Assembly: GCA_012862495.1 (NCBI GenBank)
Contig: BLSG01000320.1
Location: 1-39,392, forward strand
Reading direction: 5' to 3'
Source: Thraustochytrium aureum
Lineage: Eukaryota
Length of the DNA stretch: 39,392 bases
Shown: positions 11,215 through 24,300 of the stretch, one piece after another
How positions within the stretch are numbered: the stretch's first letter is position 1
How the letters are laid out: the number at the start of each line of letters is the position of its first letter
Translations under genes and position numbers: made by a program
The notes under the pieces: generated by a model
What the model was told of the DNA's origin: nothing
Databases searched by the model: none
The model's input: the letters and a program-made list of their open reading frames with translations, nothing else

Positions 11215-11300
11215 CACGACCACGACGACCACGACGACCACGACGACCACGACGACCACGACGACCGCGACGACCGCGACGACCACGACGACCACGACGA
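11215..11300. repeat. 9-bp microsatellite (CACGACGAC)n immediately upstream of the START gene
   Basis: About 9 tandem units read directly. Confidence 0.9.
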
Positions 11301-12271
11301 GCACGAGCGCGCCGCCGAGACCGAGTCGCTCCTGCCCGACCGAGGCTGCCTGGGCCGCGTTGACCAAGCGCCCGCAGACCGACCTGCAGCAGCAGCAGCA
11401 CCCGCGACGGGCGTCAACATGCGCGTCTGGCTCTCCTGCTGGCAGGACGTCGTCGAGAGTCGCGTGCGCGGGNNNNNNNNNNNNNNNNNNNNNNNNNNNN
11501 NNNNNNNNNNNNNNNNNNNNNNNNNNNNNNNNNNNNNNNNNNNNNNNNNNNNNNNNNNNNNNNNNNNNNNNNNNNNNNNNNNNNNNNNNNNNNNNNNNNN
11601 NNNNNNNNNNNNNNNNNNNNNNNNNNNNNNNNNNNNNNNNNNNNNNNNNNNNNNNNNNNNNNNNNNNNNNNNNNNNNNNNNNNNNNNNNNNNNNNNNNNN
11701 NNNNNNNNNNNNNNNNNNNNNNNNNNNNNNNNNNNNNNNNNNNNNNNNNNNNNNNNNNNNNNNNNNNNNNNNNNNNNNNNNNNNNNNNNNNNNNNNNNNN
11801 NNNNNNNNNNNNNNNNNNNNNNNNNNNNNNNNNNNNNNNNNNNNNNNNNNNNNNNNNNNNNNNNNNNNNNNNNNNNNNNNNNNNNNNNNNNNNNNNNNNN
11901 NNNNNNNNNNNNNNNNNNNNNNNNNNNNNNNNNNNNNNNNNNNNNNNNNNNNNNNNNNNNNNNNNNNNNNNNNNNNNNNNNNNNNNNNNNNNNNNNNNNN
12001 NNNNNNNNNNNNNNNNNNNNNNNNNNNNNNNNNNNNNNNNNNNNNNNNNNNCGGCGCCAATCGAGCTCAGCCGCGTTTGTTCCGGTACGATGCTGGGAGA
12101 GGGCGCGCGCCACAGTCGTTGCCTGGACTGGAGGTATGGCACGTGCCAACTCGAAGGACAAACTTGAAGGCCTCGTGAACTCGGGAGAGCCGCAACCTGT
12201 GCCGTGCGAGATGGCAAGAGAGAGAACATTGCATGGATGGGTCAAGCTCGAGATCTATTGACTAGTAGTAC

Positions 12272-15200
12272 CTACTTGCGCGACTTGGAATAGCACTGCA
12301 TGAGGAACGAACCAGGCGGCATGCCAAACTTGCACGCCTTGACGCGATTGCACTTTTTCTTGTTGACCGACCATTCATTGCAGGGGTCAGAGATGGTCGG
12401 AGCCCGCGTTGCTTCGTTCCCACTGGTGACACTCGGGTCTCTGTAGCACCTTTTCTTCTTCTCCCCGGGCGGCTTCCCAAACAAGCAGCTCGGCTCTGCG
12501 CGGCAGTTGTTCGCCTTGAGCAGCGGGCAGATGTCCTCCACGATCACATCTTTGCCGTCGTCCCCGCTGCCGGAGGTAGAGCTGGAGGTGTAGAGCGCCG
12601 CAAAGCGGGCCTGGACCTTGCAGACGTTCTTGGCCCACTCACATTGCGGAAACTCTTCCATCGTGTAGGTGTCTGACACCTCGCTGACCTCGCCGCGATA
12701 GTTGCGCTTGACCTTTGCGCATTCCTGGCTGCGCTTTTTCGTGTTGAGGGCGAGTTGGTTGACGGGCTCGCACGGGTCTGCCTGCACGATGGTAGGGTTG
12801 CAGATCACGTTGCGAATTTGCTGCGCCTCCTGCTCGACAGTGATTCGCCCGCTTTGGCCGTCCTTCGCAAGCCAGATAGCATCGCACATGCAGTCCAGCA
12901 CCTTGCGCGTGCTGGAGGCCACGGACTGGAAACAGATCACCTTAAAGTTGGGAAACTCCTCCCGCATGCGAGCGCGGGCGTCGCAAGACAAGCGATCTGC
13001 CACACTATCCTGGCCCGGGTACGTTGACATGGCCGCCCTGCCGTCCGTCAGGATGAACAGGGTCGGGTTGGACGACTGCGACGCTAGCTGGACCCCAACG
13101 GTCTGAAGCAAGTGCTGATAGTCTGTGTACCGTCGGTCAACCGCACCAACATTGCTCTGGAGCTTGTCGACAAAGCCATCGATGGCCCCCTCAATCTGAC
13201 TCGGGTTGAACGATGACGAGGTGGAGAAGTCGCCAGGTCCCGAGGGCGGGAGGATCGGCTCGACTATTCCACTAAATCCGGACACCGTGACTTGGGCGCC
13301 GTCCTCGGAGATGAACAGCGCAGACACCAGGGCCTTGACCACTTCGAGCTGGTTTTGGATCACGGACGACTTGATGCTCCAGGAATGATCGATCGCGATT
13401 GAGACACGCGCGTTCGGGCAAAACCCAAACTCTGTCGGCGACACGGTTGGCGAGGTCGTTGGCGACACCGATGGTGTGGAGGTTGGCGTCGTCGTTGGCG
13501 ACTTGGATGGGCTGACCGTGGGCGACGTGGACGGGCTCTTCGAGGGTGACCGCGTGGGCGCCGTCGACGGCGACAAAGACGGCGTCGTCGTTGGCGACTT
13601 GGATGGGCTGAACGTGGGCGACGTGGACGGGCTCTTCGAGGGTGACCGCGTGGGCGCCGTCGACGGCGACAACGACGGCGACACCGTTGGGCTCCGCGTC
13701 ACGATTGAAACCGGCCCGACGCACGCGTCAGCGGCGGGCCAGGCAGGCGACCCGATGAAGAGGTTGGCGTCACGAGCACCTTTGGGGACGCCTTTCATTT
13801 TCGCGTTGCAGACCTCACCTGGGCCGCCGCCTTGCTCGTCTTGAATCGTGGCTTTCATGTGCAGGTCGAGCACGCTCACGCGCACGTTGTAAACTACGTT
13901 GTCCTGGATCATGCTGGCCGCTTTGTTGGAGATTTCGCAACCCCATCCGTCCGGACTTTCTTTGGGGTCGTCCGTGGCGATACGAAAGAGCACCTTCCTC
14001 GAGCGAGGCCGAAGAAACACGGAGAAGAGGCGCGGCTTGTCAGAAGACTTGTCGGTGACGTGCAGGATTGACGACGGCTGGTTTGTCGGCGTCACCGAGT
14101 TGATCCGCATTCCGAAGCTCGCGTCAAAGTCCTCACCGAACGTGATAGTGTTGTCTTCCGGTGTAGTGTCACGGAATGGTCGAACAAAGCCGTTCGGGCA
14201 TGCTGGCGTTGGGCTGCTGCTTGGCGCATTGGTCGGCGCCGATGTGGGTTTTGTCGAGGGCGCGGCGGAGGGCGAAACTGAGGGCGTGAGAGTTGGCGAA
14301 AGGGATGGGGACAGAGACGGGCTCTGAGAAGGTGACTGCGTCGGCCGGCTTGTGGGACAGATTCCGGCAAAGTCAAACTTGAAGACGATCGCGTTTTTGA
14401 CTTGACCGTCCCAAACCCAGAAGGCATCGGGGTGCACAGTGTCGGATTTGACGCTATTTTTCCAGTCCCCTGTCCCAGCAATCGTGTAGACCAAGCTGTC
14501 TTCCTGGAGCGCTTTCGGGGAGATGGAATTGGTCTCCGCTTTGTCAATGTAGAAAGCCAGCGGGGCGGCCCCAACGCCAGTCGACTGCGTCGTCAGGTAG
14601 GTCTCACCGCAGGCCTCAATCTTGCCAATAAAGCCCCCGACNNNNNNNNNNNNNNNNNNNNNNNNNNNNNNNNNNNNNNNNNNNNNNNNNNNNNNNNNNN
14701 NNNNNNNNNNNNNNNNNNNNNNNNNNNNNNNNNNNNNNNNNNNNNNNNNNNNNNNNNNNNNNNNNNNNNNNNNNNNNNNNNNNNNNNNNNNNNNNNNNNN
14801 NNNNNNNNNNNNNNNNNNNNNNNNNNNNNNNNNNNNNNNNNNNNNNNNNNNNNNNNNNNNNNNNNNNNNNNNNNNNNNNNNNNNNNNNNNNNNNNNNNNN
14901 NNNNNNNNNNNNNNNNNNNNNNNNNNNNNNNNNNNNNNNNNNNNNNNNNNNNNNNNNNNNNNNNNNNNNNNNNNNNNNNNNNNNNNNNNNNNNNNNNNNN
15001 NNNNNNNNNNNNNNNNNNNNNNNNNNNNNNNNNNNNNNNNNNNNNNNNNNNNNNNNNNNNNNNNNNNNNNNNNNNNNNNNNNNNNNNNNNNNNNNNNNNN
15101 NNNNNNNNNNNNNNNNNNNNNNNNNNNNNNNNNNNNNNNNNNNNNNNNNNNNNNNNNNNNNNNNNNNNNNNNNNNNNNNNNNNNNNNNNNNNNNNNNNNN

Positions 15201-16016
15201 NNNNNNNNNNNNNNNNNNNNNNNNNNNNNNNNNNNNNNNNNNNNNNNNNNNNNNNNNNNNNNNNNNNNNNNNNNNNNNNNNNNNNNNNNNNNNNNNNNNN
15301 NNNNNNNNNNNNNNNNNNNNNNNNNNNNNNNNNNNNNNNNNNNNNNNNNNNNNNNNNNNNNNNNNNNNNNNNNNNNNNNNNNNNNNNNNNNNNNNNNNNN
15401 NNNNNNNNNNNNNNNNNNNNNNNNNNNNNNNNNNNNNNNNCACGGAAGTCGCCGGATTCAGGATTGTGTCTCCATTAACCTCAACCAAGGTCGCGAGCAC
15501 ACCTTCCATGCTGGGCTCCCCTTCGTTGGATCCATTTCCATTCACATCGTCAAAGGCTGAAATTTGGACCTGGCCAGGCAACATCACACCGCAGGCGCTT
15601 GTGATGCCGCTTGAGCCAGAATAGGACGCTGTGCTCACGCCCGAGTTGCGGTCAACGTCGGAGTCCGAGGCATCATCGCCACCCCTGTTCGCAGCTGTGA
15701 AACGCGAGCCAGGGAGGTTGGCAAGGCTGCAGGAAAACCTCCAGCGGACATCGGCGGGTACCGCGAGCGTGACAGAGCCGTCAGCCCCGGTTAGTCCGCT
15801 GCTGGCAGCTTGGTCCGCGAGCGGCTTGCCGTCACTGTCGAGGATGGTCACAATGACGTTTTGGACGCCCGTCTCGCTAGCTTGGTCCCAGACCCCGTCC
15901 CCGTTGACGTCGCTGAATGTGTTGAACGTGACGGACTGCCCGGCCTCGCCCAGTCTGCGCGCTACGGCGCTGGCCACAAACGCGACGAGCAGGCCAAATA
16001 CCTGGATGCGGGCCAT
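12272..16016 (-). CDS. Secreted adhesin-like protein: signal peptide, SdrD B-like repeats, LamG/ConA-like domain, Pro/Ser/Thr stalks, vWA domain, Cys-rich C-terminus
   Basis: MARIQVFGLLVAFVASAVA signal. FSDVNGDGVWD...GVQNVIVTIL...DSDVD and FDDVNGNG (SdrD_B-like). Frame is open from the gap edge 14641 into the 740-aa ORF. MIDAS-type IAIDHSWSI and LFILTDGR. The join across gap 14642-15440 is inferred. Confidence 0.75.
13486..13675. repeat. 96-bp in-frame tandem duplication in the mucin-like stalk
   Basis: SPSTAPTRSPSKSPSTSPT(F/V)SPSKSPTTTP occurs twice, DNA offset 96. Confidence 0.85.
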
Positions 16017-17043
16017 TTTGTCTGCGTAGACCTATGTAGAGCTCCTTGGTTGATGCCACCTCTCCTGCGCTTTTATTTCTCGCGCCACGTGGCTCGTGGC
16101 CTGATGGNNNNNNNNNNNNNNNNNNNNNNNNNNNNNNNNNNNNNNNNNNNNNNNNNNNNNNNNNNNNNNNNNNNNNNNNNNNNNNNNNNNNNNNNNNNNN
16201 NNNNNNNNNNNNNNNNNNNNNNNNNNNNNNNNNNNNNNNNNNNNNNNNNNNNNNNNNNNNNNNNNNNNNNNNNNNNNNNNNNNNNNNNNNNNNNNNNNNN
16301 NNNNNNNNNNNNNNNNNNNNNNNNNNNNNNNNNNNNNNNNNNNNNNNNNNNNNNNNNNNNNNNNNNNNNNNNNNNNNNNNNNNNNNNNNNNNNNNNNNNN
16401 NNNNNNNNNNNNNNNNNNNNNNNNNNNNNNNNNNNNNNNNNNNNNNNNNNNNNNNNNNNNNNNNNNNNNNNNNNNNNNNNNNNNNNNNNNNNNNNNNNNN
16501 NNNNNNNNNNNNNNNNNNNNNACTACGGCGAAGCCGCTGAAGGCCAGGCAGCCCGTGACGGGACATCTCTGCGCGCGACGGAGGCCGCGTGCTGAAGGGC
16601 CCGCAGACCAGTCCCGTAGGAACCGGACTGGCAACCGAAGTCTGAAGATGTGATGTTATCTTAGAACAGTTTCGTTCTTTTCCATGCCGGATGTCGCAGG
16701 GGCGTTGCGGACTGGGGGTTGCGACCTTTGTCCAATGTCCATCAGCGTCAGCGGGTTGTGCACGGCTTGGCAAAGTTGGGACCTGCGACCGATCGCGTCT
16801 GCTATTTGGGACACTTGACTGGCAACTGTCAATGGAAAGGGGAGCATGTTATGTGCGCAAGCGCGTCAACCGCCGCTTCGCTCAACCACACAATGCCTGT
16901 ACTGCCATCGACCAAGTGATACTCCATGTGGTTGAGGTGATACTACGCTTCGCTAATTAGAAACGAGACGGAAGGCGCGACTTCCAACACGAAAAAAAAC
17001 AAAGTGGGTTCACCGTGTTGGTTGATAGCTCCTGCCCGCCGCT

Positions 17044-20000
17044 CTAAATGCGAGACTCTCTAAAGCTAGTAGAGCTTGGCACATCTGAGCGCTTGGGCCA
17101 CACACGGGCTGACACGGCCTTCAGATGGTTGAGCGCCGACGTGTGCGGGTTGGAGGAGATACGCCCGATCTTGCCCAGCGGCCCCCGGAGGTCCTCGAGC
17201 GGCTTTACCACAGCATCGTGCAGCTCCCAGTACTGGTCGACCCGTCCCTCAACAGTCGACTTCTTCCAGAGCGCGCCGAGCGCGTCAAACGCAGTATCCG
17301 CGACAAACACAGCCTCGTTCACCGCATAGTGGTTTATGCTTGGCTGCTTGAGTATGGTGTCAACGGCTGCGCGGATGCGCCGCCCCAAAGTGAGCGCGAG
17401 CAGGTTGTTTGATGGGGACGCCTCCATGGCCGTCTTTGCCGCAACCACGTGCGCCTGCGTCACGGCCTTGACAGTCTCGACGCGAAGCGCGTCGGGCGGT
17501 CGGAGGTTCACCAGGTCCTCAAGTGAGGAGATCTCCAGAGACACAAACCCGTCGACCACTTGCTGAAGGTACTCGACGGTCGCACAGTGGTGGCCGAACG
17601 AAGCCAGAGCAGTCAGTTTCGCGAGGCGCAAGACAACATCGCTCGCGCCTTGGTTGCCAAGTAGAGTTTGAACGACGCGCTCGAAATACTGTTCACTCAG
17701 GCCCTCCTGCAGCGTTGGCGGCACAATAGCAGAGACTTTTGCAGTGGCGTTCTCCAAGGTTTTGTTGCCGGTTGAAACGGCAAGGACGCGGGTGACAGGA
17801 CCGGGCCTCCCTTCGCCCAAAACGCACTTCCATGGCGCTGGAACTTCCTCCGGAGCTGGGCTCGGCAAGAGCAACAACGGTTGCAGATCTGCGGACGGAT
17901 CTGCGGCCGGCAGAGACGCAAGCCGAGCGAGGAGACCAAATGCCCACTGAACTGCGTGTGCAGGGTGCTTGCTGCTCAGGAACTCCATCGCGATCTTGAT
18001 CATTTCCAACTTGATGTCTTGGTGAGCATCCTCACGGCTCCACTCTGCCGAAAGGAGCTCGAGCGCGTCCGGCGTCCCCACTTTGGCCAAGAGCCTGACA
18101 AGCGCTTTGATGACGCCAGTGCGTAGGACCTTGCGCCTGCCAGGCGCCAGAGCGAGCGCGAGCATCTTGACCAAGTCTACTGGCGCTAGGAGCTGCGCCG
18201 CGGTCGCGATTGCGCGGGCGGCGGCGTTGCTCGTGTCTCTCTTGATGACCTCGGGACTCAGTAGAAAGGCGAGGCACAGCAAGGGGTTGTCGCCCTTGAA
18301 GACATTGTCGATGTAGGTCGAAATGAACGTCTGGGTCTCAACGCTCACTGTCCCAGCTTCCGAGTGCTCGGCCTCGGCGACCGTGTACAAGCCTTCGAGC
18401 TGCTCAACTATTTGCGCCGAGGTTAGCGCCGGGATACAAAAACCGCGCAGCAGAGCGTCGCGACGCACCACGAAGGGGAGCGAGGGGTTGCTCATGTCGC
18501 GGTGCATTTGTTCTCCAATCCGCACGTTCACTTCAAAAGGGGTGCGCAAGAGCCTGACTCGCCTCCTCTTGACCAACCGGAAGCCTTGCGTCTTTTTCTG
18601 CAGCTTGATGCGCTCCTCGTCGTTGAGCTCCTCTTCGTGGAGTTGCTTGCCAACACTCCGCTGGAAGAAAGACCCTTCGAACACGCCGTGGTCCTCGCTC
18701 GGCCCCGTCACGAACATGCCCAACAGGTCCTGCCGGTAAGCGACGAGCGGGTCGACAGCGTCGCCGAGGTGGACTGCACTCCTGTCGGCGCAGAGAAGCT
18801 TGAACGCGACACGGAGGCGCGTCTCCGCGCGGCGCTTGCGCGCTACGGCCGGCTCTAGCACGCCCCGCCTTGTGAGGTGCCATTGTGAGACGTTTAACAA
18901 AGCCGAGCGAGCCGCTCTCGAAACGCTCTGGTTCTCGATTCCAGCACCGAGGGCGAGAACCAAACTCGACGCTTGGGACATTTCGGAAAAAATCTGAGCA
19001 ATTCGCACATTGCGGCTCGCCTTGGTTTTGGTCTCTTCCGTACGCCCAATTGTTTCCACCAGAGCATCACACAGGCCTCGAATCGGAAGAACGCCGCCCC
19101 AGACACACGGCACCGTGCCGATCAGAGCTTCGAGAACCTCCAGCGCTTGGTCTGCATGTTGCTGTGGAAGCTTGCCAGTGGCCAGCTCGCCCCTCGCCCC
19201 GCGCCGCGTCGCAATTGTAAGCGCCTTCACGGCTTCCAGGATACTGGGCTCAGCCAGCCAGTGTTCGCGCAAGGCCAAAATAACACGGACGAGTCGCTGG
19301 ACAGCGACAGAGTCGCGCTCAAGAGGCGTATCAGGGTCAATCTCCCATGTCGTTTCGCACCCCACAGCTTGGTATGCGGCTTGGAGCATCGGGACGAGGG
19401 TATTGGGGCGCTTGCACAAAAGCACCGTGTTGTACCTGCTTTCGTGTTTCGCGTTGCGACGGTGGCGCGCCACTGCGGCGCAGAGGACGCGCTCGGGATG
19501 CTCGCCGAGGGAAGCAACCACTTCCGCAACTGGACCAACCATGTCGGGGTCATCCCAAGCGCTGGCGACGAATTCCGTTGGGTGCTCCAAGACGCACTCC
19601 TCCCGTGCGCTGGTTGTTCCGACCACTTCGTTGAGTATGACTTGAAGAGAGCAAGCCGTCTTGTACCACTCCAGAGCACTGCTGCGCAGCGCTGGGGGCG
19701 CAACCCCAGTAGTCGTTGTGGGCGTGGCAGTCAGGAATGCAAGCGACTTCGCAATCTCGATGTCCTCCGAAAGCTTTGCAATCATCGCGTTGTAGGAGCT
19801 GCGGTCCATGTTCACGGCGCTTGCGCATTGCTTGACGAATATGGACCAAAGCGACAGAATCTCCCCGACCCGCTTGTCCAGCGGCTGATTCTCGGCTGGA
19901 ACACGAGCAAAGCCGTCCATTTCTGCCACGAAAGAGGCGGGCGAGGGCTCCGCAATCAAACCGGCCCCGCCCAATTCAGATGGGCGAAGGAAGAGCCACG

Positions 20001-23000
20001 CGATATCGCGCCAGGGCAAGTCGTTGACGAACTCGAGCCGGTTGGAGCCCTGCTCACTCTTAGACGCCTTGTTGAGCAAACGCATCGCGGAAAGAACGCC
20101 CTCGGCTGACCTCGCAGACAGGGCCGCAAGGAAAAGCCGTTGAAATCCCTCGCGCCGCCCGGGCGAAAAAGTGCTAGCCTTGCACTGCTTTTCAATGCTC
20201 GCACGAACAGGTGCGCAGTGCGACAGCCCCTGATCGAGGTTCTCGAAATAGTAGGCCATGGTCGTGACCGCATAGTCGTTCGGCTTGCTTTGAGCGAGTT
20301 CAGAGACCTTTTTCGCAACACGAGTCAAGGCCCTGTCAAACCAGTCCATTGAAGCTGTTGGAGAATATCGCCTTGGCAAGTGCAAACCACCCACGACGAC
20401 ACGGGCCGCCTCCTGTTTCATCAGCGTGTCCAAGAGCACAGGCAAGGAGCTTTTGATGCCCGCGACGTTGGCCTGACTTCCTAAGAAGAGCGCCTCCAGG
20501 CAAGCCTCGAGTCCCGCGCCCGCGCCAATCCTGTCAGCGGGTAAAATTGGCCGAAGTTGCAAGAGAAGATGAAGCGTGCCCCCGTGGCCGCTGGCGCTGC
20601 CAGTGGGTTGCTGGGAATTGCAAGCGCCGACGTAGGCATTGAGTAGCGCCAACGAATTAACAGTGTTACCGCTGCTTGGAGCGGTTTGGTCCACCTTGTT
20701 GCCCGGAATCGTGAACACGAGCTGCGACAAGATTCGCCAGGCCAGGTTCTCCAGGGATTCTACCCGGGCTTCCTTGTCCGCGGTCCACGTCTTGAGCAAC
20801 CCAGACGTGCATTCGAGCCTTGGTGTCCCGTAAATGCTCGGATCTACTTGTAGGTCAAAGTCCGGCTGTCGGATGGACTTGAGGGCCCGCAGCACCGCGA
20901 TGACCCGCGCCACGCCGTTGGTCTGCAGCGCAACAGAGATCGTTGCCCCAAACCGCACGTGACGGACTCTGCCCGAGTCTGCGTCGACACGCCACTCGTA
21001 CACCGGCTCAAGGATGTCAATGTACCGAGAACTTGACGCATATGAGCAGTACGCGGTAACGATCACGCGATCGAGGAAGTCTAGTACGAGCTCGACGGTT
21101 TCCAAATCAACAAGCTCGACACGCTCAATTGTTTTGAAAACGAGGCTTTCGAGGACGTTGCAGTCCTGGACGACGTTGGTTTCTGGGCTCAGGAGCTCTG
21201 CAGCCGCTCCGGAAAGCTCGTCCAGGACAGCACGCAGCGCAGCCTTGCGGTCGGTAGACGTAATTGCATCGTCGACCCCGGCAACCGTCGAGACAGCGGC
21301 CAACCCGGAGTTGTTGAGCCCGTGGGCTTGGTTCCTGGACGAATGTCTTTCCCTCCCATTGGCCACGACTTGCTGCGCCTCGCGCCTGGCCACGATCCGA
21401 ATGTGCTCTTCCAGGAGTTTCCTGGCGCGCTTGCTGAGCAAGTCCCTCTCGCCTTTGGTGCTTTCTCCTCGATCGTGCTCGGAATCGAAGCAAGGAGATT
21501 GCAAAGCCGGTCGTGTTGGGCAGCCAAGGTTGGGCAGCGCGGAGCGGCCTTGTTGATCGCGTCAAGGACCGATTCATGGGCTGCGACACAGTCACCCAAG
21601 AGATTCGGCTCGGCACCTTGGGTCGCGGCCAGCACGATCCCGAAAGCGCCGTTGACAGCTTTGTTGGCGCGTGAAAGGCATTCTTTCACCACTGAGATCG
21701 CAAGGGGGCTGCCCAAAGCGGCGGCCGACTCTAGCCTAAGCTTGGCGTGTATCTCATCGCCGTGCCCTGAGAGGTAAAGGTGTGGGTTGCCAAGGCACGC
21801 AGGTCACCCGCGCGGCGCATGCCGAAATGATTTTACGCTTGGACGCGAGGTCGTCCGCGGCGGACTGCGCGTCGGGAGAGAATCGGTTTCCCCGCGCGCG
21901 GCGCCGGCGTCGCTGGTCCGACAGTGCGAAGCGCTTGATGAGTTCATTGTGCAAGGCGTCCGCGAGCTTACTCGAGCCCAACTTGATGGCGGCGCCAAGC
22001 GCGGGGACGTTGCCTTCCAGTGCGCGAGGCGCATCAAGGTTCTCGTCCTTAGTGGCTTCAGCGACGACGCACTTGGCCTCATAAAAGGACCAAACTTCCT
22101 CCATCGAAAGGCTCTCCAGTAACTTGTCCCACGTGCTGTTCCAATTCGTTTCAACGTCCGGCGGCAGCAGCCGCGCAGACCCGGCCTCGAGGCCGTTGCG
22201 GAGGACGCTGAGCTTGGTTGACGAATTGGCGGAGTGTAGATCTAGAGACAGCACGAAGCCCGGCATTTCAAGCACGAGCCTCGCAAAGTCTGCACGAATG
22301 TCCCTTGCGAGGAAGTTGGCCAGACAAACGACACTTTGCCACACATCATGGACGCGCGAAACGGCAAGGGGGTCGGCCTCCACGGCGTGCAGTTCGTTTC
22401 GGTAAGCATCGAGAACGATGCGAGGATAAAACTGGAGCAGTTTGGGCCACGGGAGGTCGGGCAAACGGACAGGCTCGGAGGACCAGCGATCGGCGGGTCT
22501 AGATTTGTTGATGGCCTTGAGCGCATCGGCGATGACTTGTTGCACTTTCCCAGCCGAGCAGGCGTGCAGTAGCTTGCTGTTCTGGGTCGGGTTGCTTGCA
22601 TACAGCTGGTCCAGGACTCCAACCCGGCTGGTTCGAAGTGCGAGGACCTGCGTCACCAGAACGTGGCGGACTTCGCCAGAACTAGTGGTGATGAGGGCCA
22701 AGATCTCATCATCTGTCACGGACGGCGCGGCGCACAGCATCTTGGCAACGAGGCGCTGGCAACGCTTGCTTACACCTGAGAAGACATCGCGCATCAGCTC
22801 GACGCCCCGCTGTCCCAGCGCTCCGAGGGAAAACAGAGCAATCTGAAGCACGTCGAAGCGATTGGAGAAACGCCTCCCAGATGAAGCGAAGAGCTCCACA
22901 TAGTCTTCGTCGGCCAGAGCCTCCATGTTGACAGAACCTCCGGCTGCCTCGGGGCAAAACGTCAAGAGGCTCTCGACGAGGTTGGCGAGTTGGCCAAACC

Positions 23001-23211
23001 GCGGCCTCGTTTCGCCGCCTTGCTTGCGCCGCTCGCACCCAATCTCGGTCGGTAGAATCGCAATTCTGTACCCGTACGGCAGCCCTTCCACTGCGCGCAC
23101 GAACGCTTCCGCACCAGGCACATTCCCGTCCCGGAACAGACTTTCCACTGCTTGGCACGCTTCAAGGTCGCCGGGCATCGGGCCCATCTCCCATCTCTTC
23201 TCCACGCCCAT
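17044..23211 (-). CDS. Large (~2000 aa) uncharacterised alpha-helical (HEAT/ARM-like) protein; two frameshifts (~21795, ~21455)
   Basis: ORFs 21754-23211, 21189-21716 (frame extends upstream as LGNPHLYLSGHGDEIHAKL) and 17044-21504 tile without intergenic space. Leu/Ala-rich amphipathic helices throughout. Confidence 0.7.
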
Positions 23212-23959
23212 CGCGCCTGCCGTTGCCTCCCGTCCAGCCGCCGCCAGCTCGCTCTCAACTCTCTACTAGTAGAGAGAGCTCTCCAGAGTAGAGCGAGGCA
23301 GCTTGCTAGAGCAAGACACAGCGCTGCGCTCCTGCGCCGCTCCTGCGCTCCTCGCGCTCCTGCGCTCCTGCCTGCCTGCCTGCCCTGCCGCGTTCGGTGT
23401 CTGCCTGACCACCTTCATCGAAGATCTTGCTCTCCTCGCTCAACATGCATGTTCCGAATCCGAAGATACCTTTAAGTAGCTCTAGTAGTAGACTAACAGT
23501 AGAGCGCTCCAGCTAGTGCTANNNNNNNNNNNNNNNNNNNNNNNNNNNNNNNNNNNNNNNNNNNNNNNNNNNNNNNNNNNNNNNNNNNNNNNNNNNNNNN
23601 NNNNNNNNNNNNNNNNNNNNNNNNNNNNNNNNNNNNNNNNNNNNNNNNNNNNNNNNNNNNNNNNNNNNNNNNNNNNNNNNNNNNNNNNNNNNNNNNNNNN
23701 NNNNNNNNNNNNNNNNNNNNNNNNNNNNNNNNNNNNNNNNNNNNNNNNNNNNNNNNNNNNNNNNNNNNNNNNNNNNNNNNNNNNNNNNNNNNNNNNNNNN
23801 NNNNNNNNNNNNNNNNNNNNNNNNNNNNNNNNNNNNNNNNNNNNNNNNNNNNNNNNNNNNNNNNNNNNNNNNNNNNNNNNNNNNNNNNNNNNNNNNNNNN
23901 NNNNNNNNNNNNNNNNNNNNNNNNTGCTCGAAACGAGCGAGCTCGTGTCCTTTTCGCCG

Positions 23960-24025
23960 CCAGCCCGCCAGCTATCTGCCATCCAGCGGCATCCAGCCCG
24001 CCAGCTATCTGCCATCCAGCGGCAT
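23960..24025. repeat. 33-bp direct tandem duplication
   Basis: CCAGCCCGCCAGCTATCTGCCATCCAGCGGCAT x2. Confidence 0.85.
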
Positions 24026-24199
24026 CGCGGCATCCAAGGCAGGCAGGCACAGAGCAGAGACGAGCAGAAGGCCGGCTTCGTGAGCTGTTCGCTGGGTGGA
24101 GCGAGGGAGGCGCAGTGCATGCAGGCCGCGCGCGAGGCCTGCTGCGACGGCGGGAAGCGCGCTGCGCCTCGAGCCGAGCGCGTTGCTCGCTCCTGGCGC

Positions 24200-24265
24200 G
24201 GGCTGGCTCGTGGGCTGGCTCGGGGGTTTGCTCGTGGGCTGGCTCGTGGGTTTGCTCGTGGGCTG
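24200..24265. repeat. 12-bp minisatellite (GGGCTGGCTCGT / GGGTTTGCTCGT) upstream of YIPF gene
   Basis: About 5 tandem units. Confidence 0.8.
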
Positions 24266-24300
24266 ACGGGCGGGCGGACGGGCAGACCGGACGAGCTGGC

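Noticed and set aside
10961..12261. Long ORFs spanning N-gaps or microsatellites (poly-T, HDD, RGR translations) and GC-rich antisense ORFs throughout
   Set aside because: Artefacts of Ns, simple repeats and high GC3 opposite real genes.
16522..17040. Short ORFs or ncRNA in the lower-GC stretch
   Set aside because: No recognisable protein or RNA motif; treated as intergenic or UTR.
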